Source of the DNA: Candidatus Nomurabacteria bacterium
Lineage (GTDB): Bacteria; Patescibacteriota; Minisyncoccia; Phycocordibacterales; CALRBL01
Reading direction: 5' to 3'
DNA length: 64,000 nt
Assembly (NCBI GenBank): GCA_963834935.1
Contig: CAWIDS010000001.1
Location: forward strand, 1,338-65,337
Each line of letters begins with the position of its first letter. The stretch's first letter is position 1. The position numbers were made by a program, and so were the translations under genes. Below, one piece after another: positions 35,957 through 46,499 of this stretch. A model generated the notes under the pieces. The model was given only the letters and a program-made list of their open reading frames with translations. It was not told where the DNA came from and did not search any database.

Positions 35957-37030
35957 TTAGATCAAAAATTCAATGACATCGCCGTCTTTGACGACATACT
36001 CCTTTCCTTCAGTGCGAAGCAGGCCTTTTTCGCGAGCAATCGCGAACGAGCCGGCATCAAGAAGGTCTTTCCAGAAGATGATTTCAGCACGGATGAATTT
36101 TTCCTTGAAATCGGTATGGATAGCAGTGCCTGCTTCGGGAGCTGTCCAGCCTTTCTTGATGGTCCACGCGCGCGTCTCCTTTTCGCCGGTAGTAAAATAG
36201 GTGATGAGGCTAAGCATCTCGTAGGCTTTGACGATCAGCTCATTGATACCATCGTCATGTCCGCCGAGCTCCTGGCGGAACATTGCTTTCTCTTCGCCAT
36301 CGAAATCCTTCAGCTCATCTTCGATCTTCGCGTCGATGACGACGTAATAACTCTTCTCATTCTTTATATATTCGACAAGATCAGCAGGAGGCGTGGTGTT
36401 TGATCCATTGAGGCCATAAAGCATCGGCTTCATGGTAAGAAGGTTGAGCTGCCTAATGATCTCTTTCTCGTCATCCGAAAGCTTAGCCTTCCACGCTCGC
36501 TTGCCTTCGGCAAGAATAGCCTCGACTTTCTGCAAAGCCTCGTGCTCGGCGATTATCTTCTTGTCACCTTTCTTGAGATCCCTCGCAAGATTGCCGATGC
36601 GTTTTTCGACAGTTTCCTTGTCTGCAATGACAAGCTCAAGGTTTATGGTCTCGATATCTGCGATCGGATCAACCTTATTGTTCACATGAATGATCGAGCC
36701 GTTCTCGAAAATCCTTACTAAGTGCAAGATCGCGTCAGTCTCGCGGATATTCGAAAGGAATTTATTACCAAGGCCTTCGCCTGTGGATGCGCCTTTTACC
36801 AAGCCGGCAATATCGACGAACTCAATGGCGGCGGGAATGGTCTTCTGCGTCTTGGAAAATTCCGCTAGGTTGTAGAGGCGACTATCAGGAACCGCCACCA
36901 CCCCTACCGAAGGATCGATAGTGGCGAAAGGATAGTTCGCGATAAGCACACCCTTCTTGGTGAGGGCGTTGAAAAGAGTCGATTTGCCGACATTGGGAAG
37001 GCCGACGATGCCTACGGAGAGCTTTGCCAT
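35957..37030 (-). CDS. ychF: Ribosome-binding ATPase YchF (Obg-like ATPase).
   Basis: G1 motif [10 protein letters not shown]-terminal TGS domain. Confidence 0.9.
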   Translation of the reverse strand: MAKLSVGIVGLPNVGKSTLFNALTKKGVLIANYPFATIDPSVGVVAVPDSRLYNLAEFSKTQKTIPAAIEFVDIAGLVKGASTGEGLGNKFLSNIRETDAILHLVRIFENGSIIHVNNKVDPIADIETINLELVIADKETVEKRIGNLARDLKKGDKKIIAEHEALQKVEAILAEGKRAWKAKLSDDEKEIIRQLNLLTMKPMLYGLNGSNTTPPADLVEYIKNEKSYYVVIDAKIEDELKDFDGEEKAMFRQELGGHDDGINELIVKAYEMLSLITYFTTGEKETRAWTIKKGWTAPEAGTAIHTDFKEKFIRAEIIFWKDLLDAGSFAIAREKGLLRTEGKEYVVKDGDVIEFLI

Positions 37031-37039
37031 GGATAATTG

Positions 37040-37639
37040 TTATTTTCCTTTCTTTCCGAGCTGATAAGTCTTCTTCATCCACTTGTCTACTGTTGCAGGC
37101 TTAGCCTTCGCGACCGGGCCGAACTTGGTGACGAGGATCGGAGAGATACCGGCGAAGCCGAGAATCCCTACCTTGAGTATTTTGGATGGATCGCCGAAAA
37201 GAGCCGACACTATAAAAGGCATCGTTCCGGAGGTCTGAATGATGCGCGCTGACTTTCCCCGCAACATCTTCGTCCAGCCGAGCCCTTTCATCATCCCTGT
37301 CTTCCAGAAATAAAAAGCGAAGCCGGGGACCCAGATGCGATCGAAGAGCCCTTTGAATATCGCCGGTAATGAGGCCCACCAGACGGGATGAAGGAGAACG
37401 ATGTGGTCTGCCCATTTCATGTCTTCCTGGACTTGCACGAGGTCCGGCTCGAGAGTCTGGATGACCCGGTATCCTTTATGAAGGACCGGATCGAATTTAA
37501 TGTTTCCAATATGTGTATATCTCACCTCATGACCGGCTTCTTTTGCTCCCTTCATATATTGCTCGGACAATGCGGTACAAAGCGATTTGTTTACGGTGTC
37601 ATTATTAGGATCGCCGACAAGTATGTATATTTTTTTCAT
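37040..37639 (-). CDS. Flavodoxin-like NAD(P)H-dependent oxidoreductase (quinone reductase type).
   Basis: Flavodoxin_2-like fold. Signature MKKIYILVGDPNNDT...HIVLLHPVWW. Confidence 0.7.
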   Translation of the reverse strand: MKKIYILVGDPNNDTVNKSLCTALSEQYMKGAKEAGHEVRYTHIGNIKFDPVLHKGYRVIQTLEPDLVQVQEDMKWADHIVLLHPVWWASLPAIFKGLFDRIWVPGFAFYFWKTGMMKGLGWTKMLRGKSARIIQTSGTMPFIVSALFGDPSKILKVGILGFAGISPILVTKFGPVAKAKPATVDKWMKKTYQLGKKGK

Positions 37640-37645
37640 GGTATT

Positions 37646-37873
37646 CTATGACTGGCTGATTTTCTTCAATTCTTCCTGGTGCCTTTTCATCACTTCCATC
37701 GTCGCTTTCATCTGATCCTGGCCGGAATCCATCTTTGATTTTATTTCTTCGGCGATTTTTTGAAAAAATTCCGGATTATCGCTTATCATGCTGATCATCT
37801 TTTCCTGATCTTCCTTGGGTACGCCCTTAAGTTGCCTTTCAAGCATCTTCCTCATCAAAAAATCTTTTATCAT
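37646..37873 (-). CDS. Small hypothetical charged protein (75 aa).
   Basis: Tightly spaced between two genes on the same strand. Confidence 0.4.
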   Translation of the reverse strand: MIKDFLMRKMLERQLKGVPKEDQEKMISMISDNPEFFQKIAEEIKSKMDSGQDQMKATMEVMKRHQEELKKISQS

Positions 37874-37876
37874 CGA

Positions 37877-38947
37877 TTATTTATACCACCCCACCTTGTA
37901 TACAACAAGAGGGGTGTTTTCTTTCACTTTTTCCACTTCTTCGATGAATCTCCATGTACTGAGAACTTCCTTGTCCGACAAGAAGCTTGAGCGCTTGCCC
38001 TGTATGGCATCGGAAAAGACATTCTCATATGCCTCAGTGCCCGACGCCAAGATGATTTCCTTTTCTTCGCCCGAAAGCATGGAATACGAAATGCTCGCCT
38101 TGGTTTCAGCAAGCGCCTTGCCTCCTTGTAGAATGATTTCGATGTGAGAAGTTTCCGGCTTGTCGAGCTTTGCAGGGACAGAAAAGAATGTCTCGGTCTT
38201 GGAATCTTTCCTTACACCTTCGACATCCTTGAATCCTTCATACTGCCCGAAAAAGTATTTCTTCATGTCATCGCCCTTAGTCAAATGATCATAGACCTCA
38301 TCGCGCGCGCCCAAGCCTTTGAAGAAAGAAGAGAGCATGAAAAGGATATGATTCTGGCCAACATCGCGAAGCGCGCCCGTCTCGTCATAAAATCCTCCCC
38401 TGCCATCGACAGTGGCTTTCTCGAAAATATTGAATGATATTTTTGATATGAGGCTGAAATCGATATCTTCCATCTGCCTCAATTCTTTTTTTCCGGCGTA
38501 ATGATCTATCTTGAGGCACTGATCTTCCCTGAAAAAATCACAGCAAAGCCTAGTGAGCGATTCGGCATCGGAAAAACCCAGGCCGAATGGCTTCTCAATA
38601 AGGATGAGTGAGTGTCCTGCAGGATCGTCGCTACCTATGAGTTCAGCTCCGTGAATGGAGACAAGCACGGTGCCCATTACCGATGCCGGCAAAGCAAGAT
38701 AGAACAGATGCTTCTTATCTTTCCTCAGAGAATCCTTGAGCTTCAGAAAATCTCCAGGATTATCATACTGTCCTGAAATCGCGACATACGGAAAAGGAAC
38801 ACCGTCGATCCGTTCCGGAGCCTTGCGTGAGAAGCCGATGATCCGTGTATCATCGGGTAATCCTTTTTTTTGCTTGAGGGAAGTGAGCGCTGGAATAAGC
38901 TTCTTGTGGGCAAGGTCTCCCGATATTCCGAAAATCACTATATCCAT
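37877..38947 (-). CDS. zwf: Glucose-6-phosphate 1-dehydrogenase, short form.
   Basis: Motifs IFGISGDLAHKKLIPAL, KIDHYAGKKEL and RDVGQNHILFML. 356 aa. Confidence 0.85.
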   Translation of the reverse strand: MDIVIFGISGDLAHKKLIPALTSLKQKKGLPDDTRIIGFSRKAPERIDGVPFPYVAISGQYDNPGDFLKLKDSLRKDKKHLFYLALPASVMGTVLVSIHGAELIGSDDPAGHSLILIEKPFGLGFSDAESLTRLCCDFFREDQCLKIDHYAGKKELRQMEDIDFSLISKISFNIFEKATVDGRGGFYDETGALRDVGQNHILFMLSSFFKGLGARDEVYDHLTKGDDMKKYFFGQYEGFKDVEGVRKDSKTETFFSVPAKLDKPETSHIEIILQGGKALAETKASISYSMLSGEEKEIILASGTEAYENVFSDAIQGKRSSFLSDKEVLSTWRFIEEVEKVKENTPLVVYKVGWYK

Positions 38948-38948
38948 A

Positions 38949-39752
38949 TTATGGAATGAGCTCTATATTTATTAAAGGTATGGTTGATGAAGAAGTCGAG
39001 CTTGCATCAAGTACATCGGCAGTAGTGCTGGCATTGGAAGCAGGAGTAGAAGACGCCGTTGTAGCAGGAGTGGTGGTAGCGGCCGCCGTGACAGATGCAG
39101 TTGAAGAAGCGTTGCCTGAATCTATCGTTGATATTTCATTCTTGACCTGATTGACCTGCGTAGCAAGAGCATCGCTCGAAGAAGCAGTCGCAAGGACAGC
39201 TGCATTCGCCGTCAATGAATTAGTGAGGTCAGAAAGCGCGTCTTTTACGGTATCAGTAGCATCTTCGGAAGCAAGTACTGAGACATTTGCCTTAATGGTA
39301 TCGGCATGCTTCTGAAGATTAGTCTCGATGATGCTTTGATTCTGGGCGTTGAGCTGGCCTTTCTTCGAAAGAGTTTCCGCTTCCTGAAGACGCGTCTTCG
39401 CGTGATTTACTTCCACTTTGACTTTTGCGTCGGGGGTAATTGCGACAAAGCTGTCAAAGCCTTCGTTCACGTTAAGCTTTATGGGATAAAGCGGCTCTCC
39501 CGGCAATGCGCTTTCCGCGGCGTATGAGGTTCCGGCACAGGTCATGATGAGCAGCGCGATCGCCGCGAAAGCAATGGCTCTCTTCCGATGAGCGTAAGTA
39601 AAGAATGAAAAGACGGAGTATGGCGACACCAAGGAATATTTGCTTGGAGACAGCGAAGATCCGAGTATGGAAAAAATCATAGCTCTCTTTTCAGAAGCGG
39701 TCATAGCGACCTTCTTAGTCCTGATTATGAAATTGTGGAGTGATTTACTCAT
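38949..39752 (-). CDS. Putative anti-sigma factor-like membrane protein with a Ser/Thr/Ala-rich tail.
   Basis: Overlaps the ECF sigma gene end by 8 nt. One TM helix. Long low-complexity A/S/T C-terminus. Confidence 0.5.
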   Translation of the reverse strand: MSKSLHNFIIRTKKVAMTASEKRAMIFSILGSSLSPSKYSLVSPYSVFSFFTYAHRKRAIAFAAIALLIMTCAGTSYAAESALPGEPLYPIKLNVNEGFDSFVAITPDAKVKVEVNHAKTRLQEAETLSKKGQLNAQNQSIIETNLQKHADTIKANVSVLASEDATDTVKDALSDLTNSLTANAAVLATASSSDALATQVNQVKNEISTIDSGNASSTASVTAAATTTPATTASSTPASNASTTADVLDASSTSSSTIPLINIELIP

Positions 39753-40254
39753 GTGGGTATAATTTCTTCAGCTTATCTAGTGCTCTATGGATGCGCACAG
39801 ATATGTTATTTTCCTTCTCGCCAAGCAGTTCGGCAATCTCGGCAACCGATAAGTCATTGACGAAACGGAGAATTATCACTTCCCTATACATCTCCTCAAG
39901 CTCGTCGGCTTTCTTGATTACCCTGCTTGCTTCCATCTTGTCCATATCGACGGAAGAATAATCAGACGAAGGAACCTCAAAGCCTACTTCATCAAGTGCA
40001 TCAAGGGAAACGGGCTTTTTCTTCCTATACCAGTCGATGACCGAATTGCGGGCTGAAGTATAAAGAAATGCCTTGGGATTATCCAGAATATTGCCTTTTT
40101 GGATGGTTTGCCATAATCGGGCAAACACATCCTGGATAATCTCCAGAGAATGCTCCCTGTCCCCGATCTTGAAAAAACAGTATCTGAAAAGGCCATCGGA
40201 ATATTCCTCATACCATTTGAGGAACAACCTTGTATTTTCTTTGTCTTTTGACAT
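39745..40254 (-). CDS. ECF-type RNA polymerase sigma factor (sigma-70 regions 2 and 4).
   Basis: Region 2 motif DVFARLWQ. Region 4 helix-turn-helix SVAEIAELLG. Confidence 0.85.
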   Translation of the reverse strand: MSKDKENTRLFLKWYEEYSDGLFRYCFFKIGDREHSLEIIQDVFARLWQTIQKGNILDNPKAFLYTSARNSVIDWYRKKKPVSLDALDEVGFEVPSSDYSSVDMDKMEASRVIKKADELEEMYREVIILRFVNDLSVAEIAELLGEKENNISVRIHRALDKLKKLYPHE

Positions 40255-40314
40255 ATATGATGACGATACAGCGCGGCGTTTATTACAGGATTTCCTATGA
40301 TATACTGAAAACGC

Positions 40315-41190
40315 ATGCGTACCAACAGGATAATTATAGCACTATCATCCGCTATAGGCATTTCTATAGTGGTTTTATTCACTTTTTTCGGAAACTGGAC
40401 CGGCAATATCCTCAGGGTTGCCAATCAGAATCTCAACATTTTCGACCTCTACCAGAACGTCGCTAATCCCTACATCCGTTTTGTGAGCATTCCTGAAGGG
40501 CTCAGGAAAGAAGAAGTGGCCGATATCTACAGCAAAGTGCTTGCCTGGAATGACCAGGATGTCCAGGAATTCCTCCAGGACGGAGATGCCGTCAACTTGG
40601 AAGGAAGATATTATCCTTCGACCTACATCCTTCCGGTGGATGCGAGCGGAAACGAGGTAAAAGAAGTGATGCTTGATAAATTCGACCAGAAAGTGGTGGA
40701 TGGCTTGAAGGGCCAGAAGACCGTGCTTGACAAGAATAAGATAAACATAGAGACAGCCTTGAAGATCGCCTCTCTTATCCAGCGCGAAGCCGGCGGAAAA
40801 AGCGACATGAACCTCATTTCCGGCATAATCTGGAATCGGATCTGGAACGGAATGAGCCTCGACATCGATGCCACTCTCCAGTACGCCAAAGGTAACGATC
40901 AGAATGGCTGGTGGCCTCAAGTGAAATCACAGGATAAGAATATCGATTCTCCTTACAACACTTACAAGAACAAAGGCTTGCCTCCTACTCCAATTGCCAA
41001 TCCCGGACTTGCTGCCATTGAAGCAGCTTACAATCCTGCCGTCACTGATTGCCTCTTCTATTTCCATGACAACAACCACAAGATACATTGCTCAAAGACC
41101 TACGCGGGGCAAGTAAGCGGCGTACAGCAATACCTGATAGATCCTCAGAGCCAAGCCGCAATGGCCACGGGAAGCGCTTCGACAAACTAG
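40315..41190 (+). CDS. mltG: Endolytic murein transglycosylase MltG (YceG-like).
   Basis: N-terminal TM segment. YceG-domain motifs EGRYYPSTY, ASLIQREAG and SPYNTYKNKGLPPTPI. Confidence 0.85.
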   Translation: MRTNRIIIALSSAIGISIVVLFTFFGNWTGNILRVANQNLNIFDLYQNVANPYIRFVSIPEGLRKEEVADIYSKVLAWNDQDVQEFLQDGDAVNLEGRYYPSTYILPVDASGNEVKEVMLDKFDQKVVDGLKGQKTVLDKNKINIETALKIASLIQREAGGKSDMNLISGIIWNRIWNGMSLDIDATLQYAKGNDQNGWWPQVKSQDKNIDSPYNTYKNKGLPPTPIANPGLAAIEAAYNPAVTDCLFYFHDNNHKIHCSKTYAGQVSGVQQYLIDPQSQAAMATGSASTN

Positions 41191-42155
41191 GCTTTGCGAA
41201 GCAGTTTCAGCAGATTATCCTTCAGTTCCGAGACAGATTGATCGTCGAACACCGAGACAGTGAAATAATCTTTCTTCAGACCTGAATCCTTGATCTTCTG
41301 TTCCATTATTTCCTTTGAAACAGCGTCTTTTTTCGTAAAGATCACATATTCCGGCTTTCGCGCAACTTCAGGGTCGAAGGCTTCGAGCTCGGCGCGAATG
41401 GCATTGTAAGTTCCGAGCATGTCTTCATTCTCCAAAGACAGGCAATGGAAAAGTATCTTGGTCCTTCGTATGTGCCTTAAAAATTTATGTCCTAACCCTT
41501 TGCCGCTTGATGCGCCGCTGATGAGTCCGGGGATATCCGCAAGGATGAATTCGAAAAGCGCTCCGAGATTCGGCTCAAGGGTGGTGAATTGGTAATCGCC
41601 CACTTTCACATCAGCATTAGTGAGAGCATTAAGTAGGCTCGATTTACCAGCATTCGGAAGCCCTATGAATCCAGCTGATGCCGATATCATGAGCTCGATC
41701 AGGAAATCACCTTCTTCGCCAGGCTTGCCGGGAGTCGACTCCATCGGCCTGACATTAGTGGATGCTTTGAAGTGCTCGTTACCGAGCCCTCCGCGTCCTC
41801 CTTTAAGAATCAGCACTTTCTCGCCTACTGTCGAGATATCGTATCTCTTTTCAGTCTCAAGATCAGTGATTACCGTGCCGACGGGAACTTCAATGATCAG
41901 GTCTTCTCCATTTTTCCCGTGCATGCTATGCGATTCTCCGCTGCCTCCGCGTTCCGCCTCGAATTCCTTCTTATGCCTATAGCGGGCGAGGATTGAGAGG
42001 TCGCTCACGCCGACAGCATAGACATCGCCTCCTTTGCCGCCATTTCCGCCTGCCGGACCCATGAATTCCTTTCCTTTCTCATGCAGCCAGCGCACGACTC
42101 CGTCGCCTCCCGCTCCAGCTTTTATATTCACTTTCAGTTCGTCGATGAATGCCAT
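41187..42155 (-). CDS. obg: GTPase Obg (CgtA).
   Basis: Glycine-rich Obg fold (GGDGG) at the N-terminus. G domain motifs GLPNAGKSS and DIPG. Confidence 0.9.
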   Translation of the reverse strand: MAFIDELKVNIKAGAGGDGVVRWLHEKGKEFMGPAGGNGGKGGDVYAVGVSDLSILARYRHKKEFEAERGGSGESHSMHGKNGEDLIIEVPVGTVITDLETEKRYDISTVGEKVLILKGGRGGLGNEHFKASTNVRPMESTPGKPGEEGDFLIELMISASAGFIGLPNAGKSSLLNALTNADVKVGDYQFTTLEPNLGALFEFILADIPGLISGASSGKGLGHKFLRHIRRTKILFHCLSLENEDMLGTYNAIRAELEAFDPEVARKPEYVIFTKKDAVSKEIMEQKIKDSGLKKDYFTVSVFDDQSVSELKDNLLKLLRKA

Positions 42156-42167
42156 ATGTTTTTAAAA

Positions 42168-43055
42168 TTATGATTCGACTGCTATCTGAGCGAGCTTCAG
42201 AGCTCCTTCTTTCGAATTAGCGATGGTGATGAAACGGCCATTATGGCAGAAGTTTGCGTCTGGCACTCCGGTTATGGCCGCAAGCTCGCTTCCTTTCTTG
42301 CCTGCCCAGCTTTGAGGGAACAGCTTCCTGCTCTGGAAAGTCACGCCGTCTTTTCCAATGGCCGAGACGGCCCATGTAGTCTGTACTCCGTCGTTCATTA
42401 TCACAAAAAGCGGTTCGGAGTGCTTGGTAATCACATCCCTCCATGAATAACTATTATCCAATATGATTATCCTTTTATCTTCCGCCTGTTGATATGCCTG
42501 CTCTACCCTGCTTTCGCCATCAATGAATGAATTTGCTTTCACAATCTCCCTTTTCAATACAATCTGCGCGAAGGCTACTGCATCAGAAAATGCCTTATCG
42601 GTTGAAACCTTTTCCTTTTCCTGCCACGTAGGAAGAAAAGCGATTATTGCGGCGATGAAAAGATATGGCTTGAAATTCTTATTCGCTTTCTGATAAGTGT
42701 CTATTCCATTATCTTCGGCATCGATAGACCAGACCAGCTTCTCTTCGATACTTGCCGCAGCACGTGCGCTTCCGCTGGCTCTTTCGCCGAAGTGTTTCCA
42801 AATGAGGCCGAACGATGCGTAAGGAACGCCATTCTCGCGCTGCCCAGCACCGCCTTCCTGATGATGATCGAAGAAATTTGCCTCTGAATCATATTTCAAT
42901 CCCACATCCAAGACGATATCGTCTTTGCTTTTTCCTTCTATTACCTGTATATCTCGGGTGCGCACTATCTCAGCTTCAGGAAAAAGCAGAAGGAGGGTTG
43001 CTACTCCGAGCACTTCATCTGGTTGGAAATTGCCGCTATGGGTGATTATCTTCAT
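42168..43055 (-). CDS. MYG1 / UPF0160 family metal-dependent hydrolase.
   Basis: MKIITHSGNFQPDEVLG...DHHQ signature. Confidence 0.8.
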   Translation of the reverse strand: MKIITHSGNFQPDEVLGVATLLLLFPEAEIVRTRDIQVIEGKSKDDIVLDVGLKYDSEANFFDHHQEGGAGQRENGVPYASFGLIWKHFGERASGSARAAASIEEKLVWSIDAEDNGIDTYQKANKNFKPYLFIAAIIAFLPTWQEKEKVSTDKAFSDAVAFAQIVLKREIVKANSFIDGESRVEQAYQQAEDKRIIILDNSYSWRDVITKHSEPLFVIMNDGVQTTWAVSAIGKDGVTFQSRKLFPQSWAGKKGSELAAITGVPDANFCHNGRFITIANSKEGALKLAQIAVES

Positions 43056-43059
43056 TTAA

Positions 43060-44112
43060 TTATTCTTCCTTCTTGATGACTTCATGATAAAGCTCGACAA
43101 CAGCAAAGAGGAAAGAGAGTGTCAGCGGTCCTATAAGGAAGCCTTCGGGGCCGAAGAAGCTTATACCTCCGATGATCGAAAAAAGGACAAGCAAAGGATG
43201 TATGTTCATTCCCCTGCCAAGGATGCGCGGAACGAGATAGTTGTCGATGAAGGTGAGAGTAAGCGCCCACCAGACAAAGAGGCCTATCGCCTTAAGAGTC
43301 GATCCGGTGACGAAAAGATAGGCTACTGAAGGAATGAGCACGAGCGAAGTACCGAGGCCAGGCACGAGAGACGCAAGGCCGGTCAAGGACGCCCATAAGG
43401 CGGGATTAGGCAAGCCGAAGATGGTATAGCCGATGCCAGCGACGAGGCCTTGAATGATGGTAATGATGATGGTGCCACCGAGGATCGAACGTATTGAGAT
43501 CTGCAACTTGTGGAAAAGGAATTCATTCTGATTGCGCGGCAGCGGGCTGAGGTCATGAAGCGATTCAATGAATACTTTTCCATCTTTGAGGAAATAGAAG
43601 AGCGCGAAAATGCCGAGGAATATCTTGAATGCGATAGCCAGCGTGCTCGAAAAGAAGAATCCGATATTCTGGAAAACCCAACCAGAGGCATTGCTAATGT
43701 AGTCGTTTATATTCACCGAATAGCCCGGAACGATCTTCGCTATTTTCTTGTTTATATTCTGCTGGACAGTATCCAAGAACATGTAGGTGCCATTGCCTTG
43801 GGTAGTCAGGTGCGCATATGCCCCTTTAGCTTCGTTGAAGACATCAAGAGTGATAAAGAAAAGCGGTATGAGAATGACGACTGTCAGAATGAAGATGGAA
43901 ATGAAAGAAGCAACCGCCTTATTCCCCCTGCATACCTTCAGTATCTTCTTATGGAAAGGATAGACTACGACCGCGACAGTCGAAGAAACGATCAACGTGG
44001 TGATAAATGAGAGGAAGACGAAGAAAGTGAGGAATGAAAGGATGATGAGCACGCCGAGGAAAAAATAGAATTCTATCTTGCGTGGATTTTCGTCTTTTCT
44101 CATGCCGACCAT
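43060..44112 (-). CDS. AI-2E family transporter (UPF0118 / PerM).
   Basis: Eight TM helices. Characteristic GLPNPALWA...FIDNYLVPRILG block. Confidence 0.85.
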   Translation of the reverse strand: MVGMRKDENPRKIEFYFFLGVLIILSFLTFFVFLSFITTLIVSSTVAVVVYPFHKKILKVCRGNKAVASFISIFILTVVILIPLFFITLDVFNEAKGAYAHLTTQGNGTYMFLDTVQQNINKKIAKIVPGYSVNINDYISNASGWVFQNIGFFFSSTLAIAFKIFLGIFALFYFLKDGKVFIESLHDLSPLPRNQNEFLFHKLQISIRSILGGTIIITIIQGLVAGIGYTIFGLPNPALWASLTGLASLVPGLGTSLVLIPSVAYLFVTGSTLKAIGLFVWWALTLTFIDNYLVPRILGRGMNIHPLLVLFSIIGGISFFGPEGFLIGPLTLSFLFAVVELYHEVIKKEE

Positions 44113-44124
44113 TGTAGCACGGAG

Positions 44125-46434
44125 CTATTCCAAATGAGAAATAAGCCTTATCACTTCGTCGTCGATAGCTTGCCACATTTCCTTGTAAAGCCTCAGTCCT
44201 TCCCTCTTATATTCGACAAGCGGATCGCGCTGACCGTAAGCGCGTAAGTTGACGCTTTGGCGGGTATAATCCATAAGCTCAAGATGATCTACCCAAAAAA
44301 GATCTATCGCCTGCAGCAGGACAGCTCGGACTATCCTCAGAAAATCAACTTCTGGAAGCTTGCTCTTCTTCTCGTCAATGGCTTTTCTCTCTTCATCCGA
44401 GCGCCTTTCATAAAGCTCATTGAACTGGATACTCACTTCCTGATCGTTTCCGAGAAGTATTTTCTTCCTTTTTTCGTACACCGTCTTTCGCTGAAGAGAG
44501 AGCACATCGTCGTATTCGAGAACATGCTTTCGCGCGTCGAAGTGGAAGCCTTCTATCTTGGTCTGGGCATTCTCAAGGCCGCGAGTGATGAGATAGTTCT
44601 CGATCGGCTGATCTTCAGGAATGCCGAAGCGGCCCATCATGTTCTTGATGGTGTCAGTAGCGAAGACTTTCATCAGGTCGTCCTCAAGCGAGACGAAAAA
44701 TTGCGTTTCACCGGGATCTCCTTGGCGTCCCGAGCGTCCGCGAAGCTGATTATCGATGCGTCGCGCTTCATGGCGTTCCGTGCCGATGACAAAAAGGCCC
44801 CCGACGCCTTTTATTTCTTCATAAAGCTCATTGCTGGCAAGCGGTCCGCCCAGCTTGATATCCACCCCACGTCCGGCCATATTAGTAGCAATGGTCACTC
44901 CGCCTTTCTTTCCCGCTTCAGCCACAATCTCTCCTTCGCGTTCCGCAAACTGTGGCTTTGCATTGAGAATCTCATGCTTCACTCCTTCTTTTTTCAAATA
45001 GGCGGAAAGCAGCTCATTCTTCTCGATAGAAACCGTTCCCACGAGCACCGGCTGGCCTTTGAGATTGAGTTCCTTTATCTTCTTGGCGATCGCCATGAAT
45101 TTTCCTTTCTCAGTCTGGAAGATAAGATCATTGCGGTCGATGCGGGCGATCGGACGATGAGTAGGCACTTCGATCACGTCCAGGCGGTAGACTTTCAGAA
45201 ATTCTTCCTTACTTGTCGAAGCTGTTCCTGTCATTCCTGCAAGCTTCTTGTAGAGGCGGAAATAGTTCTGGAAAGTGATTGATGCCGCCGTGCGCGATTC
45301 TCGCTGAACCTTCACTCCTTCTTTGGCTTCAACTGCCTGATGCAAGCCCTCGGACCAGCGCCTGCCTGCCTGCAAGCGCCCGGTGAATTCATCAACAATG
45401 ATCACTTCGTCTGATCGGACGACATATTCCTTGTCCTTATGGAAAAGAGCCTTCGCCCGGACCGCAGTTTCGAGATGATGAACATATTTTATACCCTTCT
45501 CCGTATATATGTCTCCGACGCCGAGCAATCCCTCAGCTTTAGTAATGCCGGCGTCAGTCAACGAGACCTGCTTAAACTTCCTGTCAACAGTATAGTCTTC
45601 GTCTTCATTCAGCTTTTCAGCGATTTTGGCGAAAGTGGCATAGAGATTCTCCGATTCAGCGGTAGGAATGGAAATGATAAGCGGAGTGCGGGCCTCGTCG
45701 ATAAGGATAGAGTCTATCTCGTCGACGATCGCGTACTGATACTCCTTCTGGCGGACATTGTTCGGATCACGCTCGATATTGTCGCGGAGAAAATCGAAGC
45801 CGAATTCATTGTTGGTTCCGTAAGTGATATCCGCAGAATAGGAATCCTTGCGCGATGACGGCCGAAGGAATTCATGAACAACTTTGAATGATCCCACTTC
45901 GTCGCGCTTTGCATCAAGGTCCGTATGAGCTGGATCATAGAGGTAGGAAGCGTCGGTATTGATGACTCCGACCGATAATCCAAGAAAAGAGAAGATCTGT
46001 CCCATCCACACCGCATCGCGACGGGAAAGATAATCGTTGACCGTCACGATGTGCACGCCCTTTGCAAGGAGCGCATTGAGATATGCCGGCAAAGTGGCGA
46101 CCAGTGTTTTTCCTTCTCCCGTCTTCATCTCGGCGATCGAGCCGTTGTGGAGTGCGATGCCTCCGATAAGCTGGACGTCGAAGTGGCGCTGCTTCAAAGT
46201 GCGGCGGCTTGCCTCTCGAACGACAGCAAAAGCTTCAGGAAGGATGTCTTCCAAAGTCTTACCTTGGGCTAGAAGCTCCTTGAAATAAGGGGTTTTTGCT
46301 TTGAGTTCGGCATCGGAGAGGGCTTCTATTGCCGGTTCGAAGGCGTTTATGGCCGAAACAAGCGGCTCATAACCCTTGATTATCTTTTCGCTCTGGCTCT
46401 TGAAAATCTTGTTTATGAATGACATGGACATCAC
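44125..46434 (-). CDS. secA: Preprotein translocase ATPase SecA, compact form.
   Basis: DEAD-like motor domains and preprotein-binding domain. 769 aa. Confidence 0.95.
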   Translation of the reverse strand: MMSMSFINKIFKSQSEKIIKGYEPLVSAINAFEPAIEALSDAELKAKTPYFKELLAQGKTLEDILPEAFAVVREASRRTLKQRHFDVQLIGGIALHNGSIAEMKTGEGKTLVATLPAYLNALLAKGVHIVTVNDYLSRRDAVWMGQIFSFLGLSVGVINTDASYLYDPAHTDLDAKRDEVGSFKVVHEFLRPSSRKDSYSADITYGTNNEFGFDFLRDNIERDPNNVRQKEYQYAIVDEIDSILIDEARTPLIISIPTAESENLYATFAKIAEKLNEDEDYTVDRKFKQVSLTDAGITKAEGLLGVGDIYTEKGIKYVHHLETAVRAKALFHKDKEYVVRSDEVIIVDEFTGRLQAGRRWSEGLHQAVEAKEGVKVQRESRTAASITFQNYFRLYKKLAGMTGTASTSKEEFLKVYRLDVIEVPTHRPIARIDRNDLIFQTEKGKFMAIAKKIKELNLKGQPVLVGTVSIEKNELLSAYLKKEGVKHEILNAKPQFAEREGEIVAEAGKKGGVTIATNMAGRGVDIKLGGPLASNELYEEIKGVGGLFVIGTERHEARRIDNQLRGRSGRQGDPGETQFFVSLEDDLMKVFATDTIKNMMGRFGIPEDQPIENYLITRGLENAQTKIEGFHFDARKHVLEYDDVLSLQRKTVYEKRKKILLGNDQEVSIQFNELYERRSDEERKAIDEKKSKLPEVDFLRIVRAVLLQAIDLFWVDHLELMDYTRQSVNLRAYGQRDPLVEYKREGLRLYKEMWQAIDDEVIRLISHLE

Positions 46435-46449
46435 TATATCACAAAAGTA

Positions 46450-46488
46450 AAAACCCCTTCATCTTTCGACGAGGGGGTTTTTACTAAG
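46450..46488. terminator. Bidirectional terminator-like hairpin upstream of secA.
   Basis: AAAAACCCCTTC...GAGGGGGTTTTT, flanked by A- and T-tracts. Confidence 0.55.
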
Positions 46489-46499
46489 TGGGAAGAAAA

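Noticed and set aside
44257-45282. 341-aa plus-strand ORF inside secA. Similar long antisense ORFs occur at 20918..21739 inside ftsI, 24966..25847 inside lysS, 46794..47291 and 47313..47828 inside dus, and 14197..14844 inside the DUF1211 gene.
   Set aside because: These are antisense shadow ORFs within well-supported genes. They have low-complexity or odd composition, no motifs, and no independent start or terminator signals.
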